From: Agarilytica sp. | GTDB lineage: Bacteria; Pseudomonadota; Gammaproteobacteria; Pseudomonadales; Cellvibrionaceae | Reading direction: 5' to 3' | Assembly (NCBI GenBank): GCA_045430305.1 | Contig: JAILXW010000002.1 | Span: 387,953-451,952, forward strand | Length of the DNA: 64,000 bases | Shown here: piece after piece, positions 36,244 through 46,810 of the stretch | How positions within the stretch are numbered: the stretch's first letter is position 1 | Layout of the letters: every line of letters starts with the position of its first letter | The notes under the pieces: model-generated | What the model was told of the DNA's origin: nothing | Seen by the model: only the letters and a program-made list of their open reading frames with translations | Databases searched by the model: none | Program-made: the position numbers and the translations under genes

Positions 36244-37134
36244 ATGCCCTTCAATATTACAGCACCGCAGGTGATAAACCCTTTTCACATTCCCAATAGT
36301 TTTAAATACTCTAATGCAATGGCTGACTGGGCTTTCTACGACGTTGGCGCGCTGAATGTTGCTGAGTTTAATTATTTGGTGAACGAGCAAAGTATTGAAG
36401 GTTCCGTGCTTGTTGCATTACCTTCTGACGAAAAAAACTTTGGCATAATCAAATATCGAGATTTCGCGGAGTTAAAAGCGGGCAGTGGTAAGCCTCTGCA
36501 ACGTTTATCCATTGCCGGGGTTGGCAGTTCTGACGTAGGGGCTGCAGCATTTGCACGTACGCTTGCCAACCATTATCAAGAACCTGTAGGCGCCATCGTG
36601 GCGGGTTACGGGGTTGCTGACATTTTGCAAGAAGGGCTTGGAGGGTGGTTTGTCTTAGGTGGCTTAAATCGCGCGATGTCGATGTTTGAGCAAACTATGA
36701 TTCAGCCGTGGAAGGGTAGCAGCTCCCACATTGATACGGCGTCAACCCTATCTGGCGTCACGGCAAAAAGCCCAGACACCGAAACTTTATTGAATATTCT
36801 TAATGACCCCGCACGCGATTTAAAATCGATAGCGGGTCATTCTAAAGGTTGTTTGAGTATTGCCTTGGCACTGCAAACGCTTGAAAAAGAAGGCTCGACT
36901 CAAGCAATCGGTAAGGCCAAGGCGTTAGAGGTAATCACTGTGGGTTCCGTGGTTAACTTGCCCGAGGGTTATGAGAATGTACGCCAATACATCGGCGACA
37001 TAGATTGGTTTGGCGGATTGAACTCAAGGGCGAATGTTGAACGTATAACAGTAAAAGGCGCATGGCATCACCTCAATACGCGCTTTCCATATCACCTCGA
37101 CCTAGTAGAGGTTCTACAAAACTCGACACAATAA
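36244..37134 (+). CDS. Uncharacterised protein with alpha/beta-hydrolase-like GHSKG motif
   Basis: IAGHSKGCL (GxSxG), upstream Gly-rich AGVGSS, downstream D (IGDIDWFG) and H (AWHHL); AGGAG RBS. Confidence 0.65.
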   Translation: MPFNITAPQVINPFHIPNSFKYSNAMADWAFYDVGALNVAEFNYLVNEQSIEGSVLVALPSDEKNFGIIKYRDFAELKAGSGKPLQRLSIAGVGSSDVGAAAFARTLANHYQEPVGAIVAGYGVADILQEGLGGWFVLGGLNRAMSMFEQTMIQPWKGSSSHIDTASTLSGVTAKSPDTETLLNILNDPARDLKSIAGHSKGCLSIALALQTLEKEGSTQAIGKAKALEVITVGSVVNLPEGYENVRQYIGDIDWFGGLNSRANVERITVKGAWHHLNTRFPYHLDLVEVLQNSTQ

Positions 37135-37143
37135 CGAGGCTGC

Positions 37144-38088
37144 GTGAAAAAAATTGATGTTGGTATTAGTTCGTGCCTGTTGGGGCAAGAAGTGCGTTAC
37201 AACGGCGGGCACAAACTTTCACGTTACTGTGTCAATCATCTAAGTAAGGTATTTGAATTTCACCCTTATTGCCCAGAGGTTGCAATCGGTCTGGGAACGC
37301 CGCGCGAAACCATACGGCTTGTGGGGGAAGTTGATAACCCACGAGTTGTAGGCAGCAAAACCGAAGCGCTCGATGTTACCGAGCCATTACGGGAATATGG
37401 CGAAAAAATTGCTGCACAAAGCGATACGTTAAGCGGTTACATTCTCATGAAAAGTTCGCCAAGTTGTGGGCTTTACAGTGCAACAGTCTACAAAAATAAT
37501 CAGCCCTTACCCGGCAAACATGCAGGTATGTTTGTACGTGCCTTGGCAGAAAAGCTGCCTCTTCTTCCTATGGAAGAAGAGGGTAGGCTTAATGACCCTC
37601 GTCTAAGGGAAAACTTTATTGCTCGCGTGTTTGCTTATCACGACTGGAAGTGTTCGGTAGGCAAGGCCCCAAGCCCCCAAAAACTCGTCAACTTTCACAG
37701 CCGTTATAAATACCTAGTTATGGCGCATTCACAAGCCGGATACAAAAGGCTCGGCCAGCTCGTGGCAAAAGCTGGGGTAGGTGATATCAAAACACATGCC
37801 GACACTTACATCACCATACTTATGAGCACGCTTAAAAAACTTGCCTCGCGCAAAGGCCACACCAATGCAATGTACCATCTGCTTGGCTATTTGAAAGAGG
37901 GAGTGCCAGGCAACGCGAGACAAGAACTCGCCAAACATATCGAAGACTACCGCGAAGACATCGTGTGCCTCAGTGTACCCATGGCCTTGCTTAGTCACTA
38001 CTTGAAGCTGTATGGAAGCGACTACATAAAACAGCAGGCCTACCTAGAGCCCTACGCCCACGATCTGGGCCTTCGCAATGCGATATAA
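37144..38088 (+). CDS. DUF523/DUF1722 (YbgA-family) protein
   Basis: VGISSCLLGQEVRYNGGH, CPEV...GLGTPR, KSSPSCG, EEEGRLND, FHSRYKY..MAH, YLEPY. Confidence 0.88.
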   Translation: MKKIDVGISSCLLGQEVRYNGGHKLSRYCVNHLSKVFEFHPYCPEVAIGLGTPRETIRLVGEVDNPRVVGSKTEALDVTEPLREYGEKIAAQSDTLSGYILMKSSPSCGLYSATVYKNNQPLPGKHAGMFVRALAEKLPLLPMEEEGRLNDPRLRENFIARVFAYHDWKCSVGKAPSPQKLVNFHSRYKYLVMAHSQAGYKRLGQLVAKAGVGDIKTHADTYITILMSTLKKLASRKGHTNAMYHLLGYLKEGVPGNARQELAKHIEDYREDIVCLSVPMALLSHYLKLYGSDYIKQQAYLEPYAHDLGLRNAI

Positions 38089-38106
38089 ACTTTTGTTCTA
38101 ATGTTC

Positions 38107-38135
38107 TTGACCCTTGGTGAGGTGGCCCCTATAAT
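38107..38135 (+). promoter_or_regulatory. sigma70 promoter of tRNA-Met
   Basis: TTGACC-17 bp-TATAAT followed by GC-rich tcgcgacc. Confidence 0.8.
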
Positions 38136-38201
38136 TCGCGACCTTCTTGAGGCTCAGCCTTCAAGAAGAAACATACGAATACCTTTAAATTCGTATTCAG
38201 G

Positions 38202-38278
<77 letters not shown>

Positions 38279-38284
38279 ATTCAT

Positions 38285-38323
38285 AAAAAAACCTCCTATG
38301 GCTTTGCCATAGGAGGTTTTTTT
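38285..38323. terminator. Bidirectional terminator after tRNA-Met and the GFA gene
   Basis: aaaaaaacctcctatggc-ttt-gccataggaggttttttt. Confidence 0.88.
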
Positions 38324-38418
38324 ATGGTTGCTAATCGACACCGAACTTGTTCCTCAGTGGTATTGTTTTATCCCTATCGTATTCCAAGTTTTGCGTTAGC
38401 AGGTTCTTTGTTTTCAGC

Positions 38419-38880
38419 TCAAGACTCCCCAAGTTGCTCCCCGCTTCCACCTGCCGGTTCTGGTAAGTCTTTAAATTTCGGTAAGCCATCCGTAATTGGA
38501 AGAATGCTTTCTTGATAATGCACGTGGAATGCGGGCTCGAAATCTAATGCTTTTATTAATACTGCAGGCACATCTATAAGGCCCATTCCGGGGTGTTTGG
38601 TAAATACATGCCCGCCACAGCATTTACACCAAGATCGTTCGCTTTGCACTTCGCCACCGTGTATGTCTGCATTCTTGTCGTAGGAATCGATGAGGTCCTC
38701 CCCTTGTGTAAAAGTCAAAGCGTTAGGTTTCCAAAGCGTGAATTCATTGATGGGGCCAGCTGACCACTGGCGGCAAGAGTCGCAATGGCAATAGGCCATG
38801 AGTTCTGGGCTTCCATCTAAAATAAATGATACTTTTCCGCAAAAGCAGCTGGCGCGATGTTGTTGAGTTTCGGTGTTCAT
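38419..38880 (-). CDS. GFA / CENP-V family zinc protein
   Basis: ASCFCGKV, YCHCDSCRQW, RSWCKCCGGH, HVHY. Confidence 0.9.
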   Translation of the reverse strand: MNTETQQHRASCFCGKVSFILDGSPELMAYCHCDSCRQWSAGPINEFTLWKPNALTFTQGEDLIDSYDKNADIHGGEVQSERSWCKCCGGHVFTKHPGMGLIDVPAVLIKALDFEPAFHVHYQESILPITDGLPKFKDLPEPAGGSGEQLGES

Positions 38881-38896
38881 GAGCGTGCTCCTGGTT

Positions 38897-39832
38897 TTAC
38901 TTAAATTGAATAGGCGATTGAGGTTGGGTGTTGACGTTTAAGGTGAAAATATCGGGTCGAGAGTAGTGGCCGGCGACGTCTAGGGCTCTTTTAGCGGTAA
39001 CCACTTTTTCTCGGTTAATGTCGCAATACAGAATGCCCTCTTCTTGGTGTAAAGGGCCGGCTATGATTTCACCTCCAGGCTCGATGACCACAGAGTCGCC
39101 GGGGTTGATCCACTCCTCTGCATCGGGGTACAGCGCGTCTTTTTCAGGGAAGTCGTCGGGGATGTCGCTGCCACGAATGAGATTGCCGCAACCCACTACG
39201 TAACAGCGCCCTTCGCGAGCGATGTGTTGTAGAGTGCTCAGCCAGGCATCGCCACTGTCGTACGTGGGGGCGATGTAAAGTTCTACGCCTTGGGCATAGA
39301 GCGCATAGCGCGCTAGAGGCATATAATTTTCCCAGCAAATCAAAGCGCCTAGTCGGCCTGCCGGCGTGTCGACGGTTGATAGGCCGCTAGCATCGCCAAA
39401 GCCCCATACCATGCGCTCAGGGTTGGTGGGCATGAGCTTTCGATGTTTGTTGGCCAACTTTCCCTTGTTGTCGATGGTAATAACCGTGTTGTACAGCGTG
39501 CTACGACTTAACTCTGAATCCCTTTCTTCAATGCCGCATACCACCGTAACTTGATGTTGTTTGGCAGCCTCGTAAAGAGGGTGGAGGTCATCGCTGCATA
39601 AATCAATCGAATTGTTTAACAGTCGCTTGTGTAGTTCTTCAGAGGTATTCCAGTCTGCCCCAGGCCGCAGGCGCCATATCCATGCGGGGTAGCCGGGAAT
39701 GAAAGTCTCAGAAAAAACGATTAGCTCAGCGCCGTTGGAGGCAGCTTTTTCGATACAGTCAACCGCCAAAGATATGGTGGCGGCTTTATCAAGATAGGCT
39801 GGGGAGTGTTGGATAACGGCGATTTTACTCAT
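38897..39832 (-). CDS. Nitrilase (carbon-nitrogen hydrolase)
   Basis: Glu-Lys-Cys triad: FSETFIPGYP, HRKLMPT, ICWENYMP; GHYSRPD at the C-terminus. Confidence 0.93.
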   Translation of the reverse strand: MSKIAVIQHSPAYLDKAATISLAVDCIEKAASNGAELIVFSETFIPGYPAWIWRLRPGADWNTSEELHKRLLNNSIDLCSDDLHPLYEAAKQHQVTVVCGIEERDSELSRSTLYNTVITIDNKGKLANKHRKLMPTNPERMVWGFGDASGLSTVDTPAGRLGALICWENYMPLARYALYAQGVELYIAPTYDSGDAWLSTLQHIAREGRCYVVGCGNLIRGSDIPDDFPEKDALYPDAEEWINPGDSVVIEPGGEIIAGPLHQEEGILYCDINREKVVTAKRALDVAGHYSRPDIFTLNVNTQPQSPIQFK

Positions 39833-39938
39833 GTGCTTTTCCTTAATGTTGGCCTTACTTCTGTTAGTGAGTTAAGCGACTCATAATTAGTATACTCGTG
39901 CATATATGAAAATAAATTAGCAAAAAATTAGCCTATAA

Positions 39939-39954
39939 TGTGCAAAATTGCACA
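39939..39954. promoter_or_regulatory. Palindromic operator candidate between nitrilase and LysR genes
   Basis: tgtgcaa-aa-ttgcaca directly after a TATAAT hexamer (39934-39939). Confidence 0.4.
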
Positions 39955-39967
39955 GGTTGAATATGAA

Positions 39968-40837
39968 ATGAAGTGGGATGATGTCAAGGTATTTCTAGCG
40001 GTGGCGCGGGCCGGCTCGGTCAGTGGTGCTGGCCGCCAGTTACGTCTGCAACACACCACCGTTTCTAGGCGCCTCCGCGCTATGGAAGACAAGCTAGGTG
40101 TGCGATTGATCGAGCGAGTTAAGGGAGGGTATGGCCTGACCCCGGCGGGGGAGGATTTGAAAGAAGCCGGTGAGCGTATTGAGAAAGAAGTGTTGGGGGT
40201 TGAAGCGGTTTTGCTTGGGCAAGATCAGCACCTAAAAGGCCCGCTTCGAGTGACGGTAATTAATCACATGGCGTATGCGTTGTTGATGCCCATGTTTGCG
40301 CGGTTCAGTGAGAATTACCCTGCGATTGAACTGCAAATACAGTCTTCTAATGCCTATATCAGTTTGCCTCAAAGACAGGCAGATATTGCGTTGCGGGTCA
40401 CAAACGCACCGGCTGACACTTTAGTGGGCAAAAAGATTATCTCTTTTGCGTCCGCGGTTTATGGTAGCCGGCCCTATCTGGAGCGGTTAAAGCGAACCGG
40501 GGAGCCCCCCAATTGGATTGGAACCGAATGTTGTAATTTTCATCGAATTTGGACCAAACAACAGTGCCCAAATGGTCGGCATCGCTTTGTGATTGATGAC
40601 ACCAGTCTTGCGCATGCAGCCATTCGCGAAGGGGTGGGTTTGTCGTTTCTACCATGTTTCATGGGGGATGTGGATGAGCACTTGGGTCGTTATGCCGGGG
40701 TGATCGAAGACTATGAGTTGGATTTGTGGATGCTGTTTCACGCAGATTTGAAGCACACTGCACGCGTCCGCGTATTCCGAGAATTCATTTGTCAGGAAAT
40801 AGAAAAGCGGCGTGAGTTGCTGGAAGGAAGGGGGTAG
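39968..40837 (+). CDS. LysR-type transcriptional regulator
   Basis: MKWDDVKVFLAVARAGSVSGAGRQLRLQHTTVSRRLRAMEDKLG HTH, LTPAGE, RQADIALR; divergent from the nitrilase. Confidence 0.93.
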   Translation: MKWDDVKVFLAVARAGSVSGAGRQLRLQHTTVSRRLRAMEDKLGVRLIERVKGGYGLTPAGEDLKEAGERIEKEVLGVEAVLLGQDQHLKGPLRVTVINHMAYALLMPMFARFSENYPAIELQIQSSNAYISLPQRQADIALRVTNAPADTLVGKKIISFASAVYGSRPYLERLKRTGEPPNWIGTECCNFHRIWTKQQCPNGRHRFVIDDTSLAHAAIREGVGLSFLPCFMGDVDEHLGRYAGVIEDYELDLWMLFHADLKHTARVRVFREFICQEIEKRRELLEGRG

Positions 40838-41136
40838 TAATAGTTATCTCATTTATTTTTTCATGTCGCTTTAGCGTCAGGGCTCGGTTGCATAGTTTCT
40901 TTTGAGCGTGGTAGATGTCGATGATCATTGTTCGGCACGGAGTCCTCGGCCATTAAAGGCATCTTATTTTAAGAGGTGTTCATCACTTAACCAGATCCCG
41001 AATAATTATTTTGTCTGGTTCAATTTTTGTTAAATCGGCGCGTCAAAATTGAGAATTGTTTGGCACTTATTTCTACTTATGCTGGTATCATCGCGCCCGC
41101 TTTTAAAGACCTTAGATGTTTTGGGGGAGTTTCCTA

Positions 41137-41271
41137 ATGTATTTTTTTACCAAGCGCACAGCGCTACTGCCATTAATTTTTATTGCCACTATTGCTGTCC
41201 TCGGTTTTGCCACCCGCGCACAATCAGCGATTGAAGAGCCAGTCGAAGCGCCACACCGGTTCAGCGAGTAA
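41137..41271 (+). CDS. Small 44-aa protein with signal peptide or TM helix (below the ORF-track cutoff)
   Basis: MYFFTKRTALLPLIFIATIAVLGFATRAQSAIEEPVEAPHRFSE; GGGGAG RBS; extended -10 TGgTATCAT at 41083-41091; hairpin right after the stop. Confidence 0.6.
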   Translation: MYFFTKRTALLPLIFIATIAVLGFATRAQSAIEEPVEAPHRFSE

Positions 41272-41456
41272 ACGAAACTTCGCCAACTTCTGGCGAAAGC
41301 TTTCATCCGCTAGGCAAAATGCGTTACAATGCGGCCAAAGCGGCGATCTATTTGCCGCTTTGTGCATTTCAGCACGGCGAAAGGCCCCAATTTTGGGGTT
41401 TTTTAGTATCTGGAGCTCGCGAAAGCGGGCTTAAGCATATTCGTCGGGCAAAGTTG

Positions 41457-41479
41457 AGTGGGCTATAGGCCCATTTTTT
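41457..41479 (+). promoter_or_regulatory. rimP leader hairpin / attenuator
   Basis: agtgggctataggcccatttttt upstream of rimP, resembling the gammaproteobacterial rimP leader as I recall it. Confidence 0.6.
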
Positions 41480-41545
41480 GTTTCTGGCATTTTTGTTTCG
41501 GAAGCTTTTTTGAATCAACAATGTGGGCAGGTATAAAAAATCACT

Positions 41546-42004
41546 ATGGCGGGCATGCAGTCACAACTTGAATCTATTGTTGAACCGGCGGTTGATGCCT
41601 TGGGGTGTGAGCTGTGGGGCTTAGAGTTATTTATTCAGGGTAAAAAAAGCCGTTTGCGTGTTTATATCGATAAAAAGCCCGACGGTGTGCTAATAGAAGA
41701 CTGCGAGGCGGTGAGCCGCCAAATAAGCAGTGTGCTCGATGTGGAAGATCCGATTCGTACGGAATACACCCTTGAGGTGAGCTCCCCGGGTATGGATTGC
41801 AGGCTATTCAAATTGTCGCAATACCAAGAATTTGTTGGCCAGAAACTCGCTATCAAATTACGTGTCGCCTTTGATGGCCGCAAAAATTTTACAGGCATTC
41901 TCAAGGGGCTTGAGGATGACGAAGTTGTATTGGAAGTGGAGAAGGAAGAATACCTTCTCCCCTATGAACTAATAGATAGAGCAAACGTAGTACCCACTTT
42001 TTAG
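41546..42004 (+). CDS. rimP: Ribosome maturation factor RimP
   Basis: LRVYIDK...IEDCEAVSRQIS..LDVEDPI...YTLEVSSPG. Confidence 0.96.
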   Translation: MAGMQSQLESIVEPAVDALGCELWGLELFIQGKKSRLRVYIDKKPDGVLIEDCEAVSRQISSVLDVEDPIRTEYTLEVSSPGMDCRLFKLSQYQEFVGQKLAIKLRVAFDGRKNFTGILKGLEDDEVVLEVEKEEYLLPYELIDRANVVPTF

Positions 42005-42017
42005 GAACTAGAAACTC

Positions 42018-43502
42018 ATGAAAAAAGAAATATTACTGGTCGCAGATGCAGTCTCGAATGAAAAAGGCGTAGACCAGGAAATAATTTTTCAGGCAATCGA
42101 ATTGGCTTTGGCCACTGCCACAAAGAAACGTTACGACGAAGAATCTGACATTAAAGTTACCATCGACAGAGAGCTGGGTGATTATGTCACTGTGCGTCGC
42201 TGGGAAGTTGTTGCCGACGATGTTTTGGCCGAGCTTGGAACGCAATTTACTACGGAAGAAGCAGCAGAAGCAGATAAAAATTTAAAAGTTGGCGACATTC
42301 ATGAAGAAGTAGTCGAGAACGTAGATTTTGGTCGTATTGCAGCTCAAACAGCCAAGCAAGTAATTGTGCAAAAAGTTCGTGAAGCCGAACGCGCACAAAT
42401 TGTGGATCAGTATGAAGATAAAGTCGGTGAGCTTGTTTCTGGCTCAGTGAAAAAAGTGACGCGAGACAATATTATTGTTGATCTTGGTGGTAATGCAGAA
42501 GGGTTGCTACCGCGTGAAGAGCTTGTTGGTCGTGAAGTGTTTCGATTAAACGATCGTGTACGTGCCTTGTTAGTTGAAGTACGACCAGAAGTGCGTGGCC
42601 CACAACTCTTTTTGAGCCGTGCGCACCCGCAAATGTTGGTTGAATTATTTAAAATCGAAGTGCCAGAAATATCAGAAGAAGTTATCTCCCTGCGTGGCGC
42701 TGCGCGAGACCCAGGCTCGCGTGCAAAAATTTCTGTTTCAACAAACGATGGCCGTATGGACCCAGTTGGTGCATGTGTTGGTATGCGTGGTTCGCGCGTA
42801 CAAGCAGTATCAAATGAATTGGGTAACGAGCGCATCGACATCGTCTTATGGGACGACAACCCAGCGCAATACGTTATTAACGCAATGGCACCGGCAGAAA
42901 TTGAATCCATTGTGGTAGATGAAGAAACCGGCTCCATGGATCTTGCTGTAAACGCAGATAATCTCGCGCAAGCCATTGGTCGCGGCGGTCAAAACGTTCG
43001 GCTCGCATCAGAACTCTCGGGCTGGCAAATTAACGTCATGAGCGTTGAAGAGTGGAACGAAAAACAAGAAGCTGAAGCGGGTAGTTCTATCGATGTGTTT
43101 ATTGAACATCTCGATGTTGACGAAGATGTTGCCTCAGTACTTGTTGACGAAGGTTTTACAACGCTTGAAGAAGTTGCCTATGTACCGATGGAAGAATTTC
43201 TTGCTATCGAAGGTTTTGATGAAGATATTGCAACAGAGCTTCGTTCAAGAGCAAAAGATGCCTTGTTAACTCAAGCGCTCGCATCGGAAGAGTCTGGGGA
43301 AGGTAAGCCAGAAGAAGACTTGTTAACGATGGAAGGAATGGACGATGCACTCGCCAATATTCTTGCATCGCGCGGTGTTTGTTGTATGGAAGATTTAGCA
43401 GAGCAGTCTGTCGATGAATTAATGGATATCGACGGAATGGATGAAGAGCGTGCCGGCACTTTAATTCTTAAAGCTCGCGAACCATGGTTTGCCGAAGAGT
43501 AA
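42018..43502 (+). CDS. nusA: Transcription factor NusA
   Basis: [14 protein letters not shown]1 and KH domains, [20 protein letters not shown], acidic C-terminal repeats. Confidence 0.98.
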   Translation: MKKEILLVADAVSNEKGVDQEIIFQAIELALATATKKRYDEESDIKVTIDRELGDYVTVRRWEVVADDVLAELGTQFTTEEAAEADKNLKVGDIHEEVVENVDFGRIAAQTAKQVIVQKVREAERAQIVDQYEDKVGELVSGSVKKVTRDNIIVDLGGNAEGLLPREELVGREVFRLNDRVRALLVEVRPEVRGPQLFLSRAHPQMLVELFKIEVPEISEEVISLRGAARDPGSRAKISVSTNDGRMDPVGACVGMRGSRVQAVSNELGNERIDIVLWDDNPAQYVINAMAPAEIESIVVDEETGSMDLAVNADNLAQAIGRGGQNVRLASELSGWQINVMSVEEWNEKQEAEAGSSIDVFIEHLDVDEDVASVLVDEGFTTLEEVAYVPMEEFLAIEGFDEDIATELRSRAKDALLTQALASEESGEGKPEEDLLTMEGMDDALANILASRGVCCMEDLAEQSVDELMDIDGMDEERAGTLILKAREPWFAEE

Positions 43503-43609
43503 AACTTTTAGCGTCAGGCTAATGGCAGTATCACAGATTTAATTAAACGAAAAATTAGACGAAATTTAACTTAAAAAAGAAAGCTAGCTTTCGGGAACAT
43601 ATAGTAATT

Positions 43610-46270
43610 ATGGCTGAAGTAACAGTAAGTGAACTCGCCACCTCCGTAGGTGCATCTGTCGATCGAATATTGACGCAGATGAAACAGGCTGGACTATCCC
43701 ATGAAAAAGCGGATGACGTTGTTTCTGATGAAGAGAAACAAAAGTTACTCTCATTTTTGAAATCCAGTCACGGGGCTGCCGCAGCGTCACCGAAAAAAAT
43801 CACCCTAAAACGAAAAACTACTACAACCTTAAAAACGGGTTCTGGCAGTTCACGAAAAACGGTGAATGTAGAAGTACGCAAAAAACGCACTTACGTAAAA
43901 CGTGACGAGACTGAACAAGCAGAAGAAGAGGTAGCGGCTCCAGTACTTGAAGTTGCTCCAGATCCTGTAGAGCAAGAACCTGAGCCAATGGTTGATGCGC
44001 CAGAAGCTGATGCGTCAACAGAAGTTGCTGAGGCAGCAGTGGCTGAAGTGGCTGCTGTGGGTTCTACCTCTAGCTTTGTCGACGACGCAGAAATACTACG
44101 GCAAAAAGCAACTGTCGCTAGAAAAGAAGAAGAGCGACTCGCAGAGGCTGCACGAAAAGAAGCGGAAGCCCAAAAAGCGGCCAAGCTTAAAGAAGGCAAG
44201 TCAGAGAAAGGTGATGCCAAGGCTGCGCCGGCGTCTGAAGAAGATCGTCATAAGCATGCGAAAAAAGGCAAGCATGAAGCAAACTTTGACGATTCAGAAG
44301 AAGAAAAAGCCAAGCACAACAAAAAAGCGGGTAAAGCTGTTAAGAAAATTACGGGGCCGAAAAAAGTGTCCTCGGCTTTGGATTATGTGGAAGATAAATC
44401 TGAAATTGAAGAAGTTATTCATACACCTAAACCCAAAAAGTTCAAAAGCGGATCGGTTAAACGCCCTATTAAAATTGCTAACAAGCATGGCTTTAAACGA
44501 CCAACGGAAAAAATTACTTACAAAGTAGAAATACCAGAAGAAATTACCGTGGCCGACCTTGCTTCGCGTATGAGTATTAAAGCCGGAGAAGTGGTTAAGC
44601 AGTTGATGAAGCTTGGCACTATGGCGACGGTAAACCAAAACATTGACCAAGAAACCGCGCAGCTCGTGGTTGAAGAAATGGGTCACGAATTTGTACTGGT
44701 TAGTTCAGATGCTGTGGAAGAAGAGCTTAAAGATGCGGTTGATCTAGACGATGCAGAAACTGTTTCTCGCGCGCCGGTTGTTACCGTTATGGGTCACGTT
44801 GACCACGGAAAAACGTCATTGCTCGATTATATTCGCAAAGCAAAAGTCGCTGACGGTGAAGCCGGTGGTATTACCCAGCATATCGGTGCGTATCGAGTAC
44901 CTACAGAAGGTCATGGCGAGCTTACTTTCTTAGATACGCCTGGCCACGCCGCCTTTACTGCAATGCGCGCGCGAGGTGCTCAATGTACCGATGTTGTCAT
45001 TCTGGTTGTTGCTGCTGATGATGGTGTAATGCCGCAAACAGAAGAAGCCGTACAGCATGCACGAGCAGCGGGTGTTCCGATTGTTGTTGCGATAAATAAA
45101 ATTGATAAAGAAGCGGCTGACCCGGATCGGGTTAAAAATGAATTGGCTGCAAAAGATGTGATTCCTGAAGACTGGGGTGGTGATACGCAATTTATTCCAG
45201 TATCTGCACACACTGGTGAAGGTATCGAAGCATTGTTAGAGGCTGTAGCCTTGCAATCAGAGCTTTTAGAATTGAAAGCAGCAATCGACGTGCCTGCTGC
45301 AGGTATCGTGATTGAATCGCGTATGGAAAAAGGCCGTGGTGTTGTTGCGACGGTACTTGTTCAGCGAGGCCACTTACAGGGTGGCGATATTATGCTGGCC
45401 GGTCAAAGCTTTGGTCGTGTTCGTGCCATGACGAATGAGTTCGGTAAGAAAATAAACGATGCAGGCCCTTCAATTCCTGTTGAGTTGCTCGGTTTGGATG
45501 CTCCGCCTAACGCAGGTGATGAGTTTTTGGTTGTGCCTGATGAGCGTAAAGCGCGTGAAGTGGTTCAATTCCGTGTTGAAAAAGAACGTGCAGAGCGTTT
45601 ACAGCGTCAGCAAGCGGCTAAATTAGAAAACATGTTTGCGGGTATCGGTGAAAACGAAACCAAGCACCTTCCTATCGTGCTTAAAGCCGATGTGCGAGGT
45701 TCATTAGAAGCCATTCAAGCTGCGCTTGGTGACTTAGGTAATGATGAAGTGCAGGTTAATATCATCGGCGGCGGTGTTGGTGGTATTACCGAAAATGACG
45801 TCAATTTGGCTTTAACTTCTGGCGCAATTGTTGTCGGTTTTAACGTTCGTGCTGATGGCTCGTCGAGAAAAATTGCCGAAGCTGAATCTATCGAAATTCG
45901 CTATTACAGCATTATTTATCAATTGATCGACGAAGTGAAAAGCGCTCTTGGCGGTATGCTTGATCCTGAGCGTGTTGAAGAAATTGTGGGTATTGCTGAA
46001 GTGCGCGATGTGTTCCGCTCGCCAAAATTTGGTCAAGTTGCAGGTTGTATGGTCACCGAAGGTATCGTGCATCGCAACAAGCCGATTCGTGTACTGCGCG
46101 ACAACGTCGTTATTTTTGAAGGTGAACTTGAATCATTGCGTCGCTTTAAAGACGATGTGAATGATGTTCGCAACGGAATGGAGTGTGGTATCGGTGTGAA
46201 AAACTATGACGTAAAAGTCGGAGACCAAATCGAAGTCTTTGAAGTGAAAGAAGTCGCGCGCGAACTATAA
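43610..46270 (+). CDS. infB: Translation initiation factor IF-2
   Basis: [25 protein letters not shown]-terminal SLRRFKDDV. Confidence 0.98.
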   Translation: MAEVTVSELATSVGASVDRILTQMKQAGLSHEKADDVVSDEEKQKLLSFLKSSHGAAAASPKKITLKRKTTTTLKTGSGSSRKTVNVEVRKKRTYVKRDETEQAEEEVAAPVLEVAPDPVEQEPEPMVDAPEADASTEVAEAAVAEVAAVGSTSSFVDDAEILRQKATVARKEEERLAEAARKEAEAQKAAKLKEGKSEKGDAKAAPASEEDRHKHAKKGKHEANFDDSEEEKAKHNKKAGKAVKKITGPKKVSSALDYVEDKSEIEEVIHTPKPKKFKSGSVKRPIKIANKHGFKRPTEKITYKVEIPEEITVADLASRMSIKAGEVVKQLMKLGTMATVNQNIDQETAQLVVEEMGHEFVLVSSDAVEEELKDAVDLDDAETVSRAPVVTVMGHVDHGKTSLLDYIRKAKVADGEAGGITQHIGAYRVPTEGHGELTFLDTPGHAAFTAMRARGAQCTDVVILVVAADDGVMPQTEEAVQHARAAGVPIVVAINKIDKEAADPDRVKNELAAKDVIPEDWGGDTQFIPVSAHTGEGIEALLEAVALQSELLELKAAIDVPAAGIVIESRMEKGRGVVATVLVQRGHLQGGDIMLAGQSFGRVRAMTNEFGKKINDAGPSIPVELLGLDAPPNAGDEFLVVPDERKAREVVQFRVEKERAERLQRQQAAKLENMFAGIGENETKHLPIVLKADVRGSLEAIQAALGDLGNDEVQVNIIGGGVGGITENDVNLALTSGAIVVGFNVRADGSSRKIAEAESIEIRYYSIIYQLIDEVKSALGGMLDPERVEEIVGIAEVRDVFRSPKFGQVAGCMVTEGIVHRNKPIRVLRDNVVIFEGELESLRRFKDDVNDVRNGMECGIGVKNYDVKVGDQIEVFEVKEVAREL

Positions 46271-46376
46271 CGCGCGCTTTTATCACAGTTTTACACCATA
46301 GATTATTCACGCGCTTCGAATTTCTGATTCGTATTTGTAGTGCTAAATCAGTCTTCGATAGTTAGAGAGCATACCA

Positions 46377-46808
46377 ATGCCAAGAGAATTTAAACGCTCG
46401 GATCGAGTAGCCGATGCAATTCAACGTAGTCTCGCGCAAATCATTCAAACCGAAATGCGCGACCCTCGCTTGGGCATGGTAAATATTAATGCCGTTAGTG
46501 TTACCCAAGACCTTTCCATTGCTAAAGTGTATGTCACTTTTGTTGGTCAGGCTGGCGAAGCGCAGAGCGATATAGAATCGAGAGTCGATGTTTTAAATAA
46601 CGCCTCTAGTTTTATGCGCGGTTTGGTGGCGAAAGACTTACAAATTCGTACAACGCCTCGTTTGCAATTTATCTTTGATAAAAGTGTTGTGCGTGGTCAG
46701 GAAATGACAGACCTAATTAATCGCGCAATTTCTTCTGATCGCCACCAAGGCGAAAGTGATTCAGGTCAGGGCGGAGAAGCCGAAGGAGAGCGCGAGGGTG
46801 AGACTTAA
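46377..46808 (+). CDS. rbfA: Ribosome-binding factor A
   Basis: RSDRVADAIQR, DPRLG, DLSIAKVYV, PRLQFIFD. Confidence 0.96.
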   Translation: MPREFKRSDRVADAIQRSLAQIIQTEMRDPRLGMVNINAVSVTQDLSIAKVYVTFVGQAGEAQSDIESRVDVLNNASSFMRGLVAKDLQIRTTPRLQFIFDKSVVRGQEMTDLINRAISSDRHQGESDSGQGGEAEGEREGET

Positions 46809-46810
46809 GC

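Noticed and set aside
7524-38201. Integrative element or prophage at tRNA-Leu
   Set aside because: No integrase, phage or conjugation genes, and no duplicated tRNA 3' end noticed by eye.
41049-41434. Track ORFs 41049-41234, 41112-41306 and 41183-41434
   Set aside because: No RBS or protein-like features; the 41137-41271 frame has much better signals.
43821-45213. Several 60-180 aa ORFs overlapping infB
   Set aside because: Alternative frames of a highly conserved, compositionally biased gene; the same applies to similar overlaps in ftsH, glmM, nusA, pnp, acs and the oxidase.
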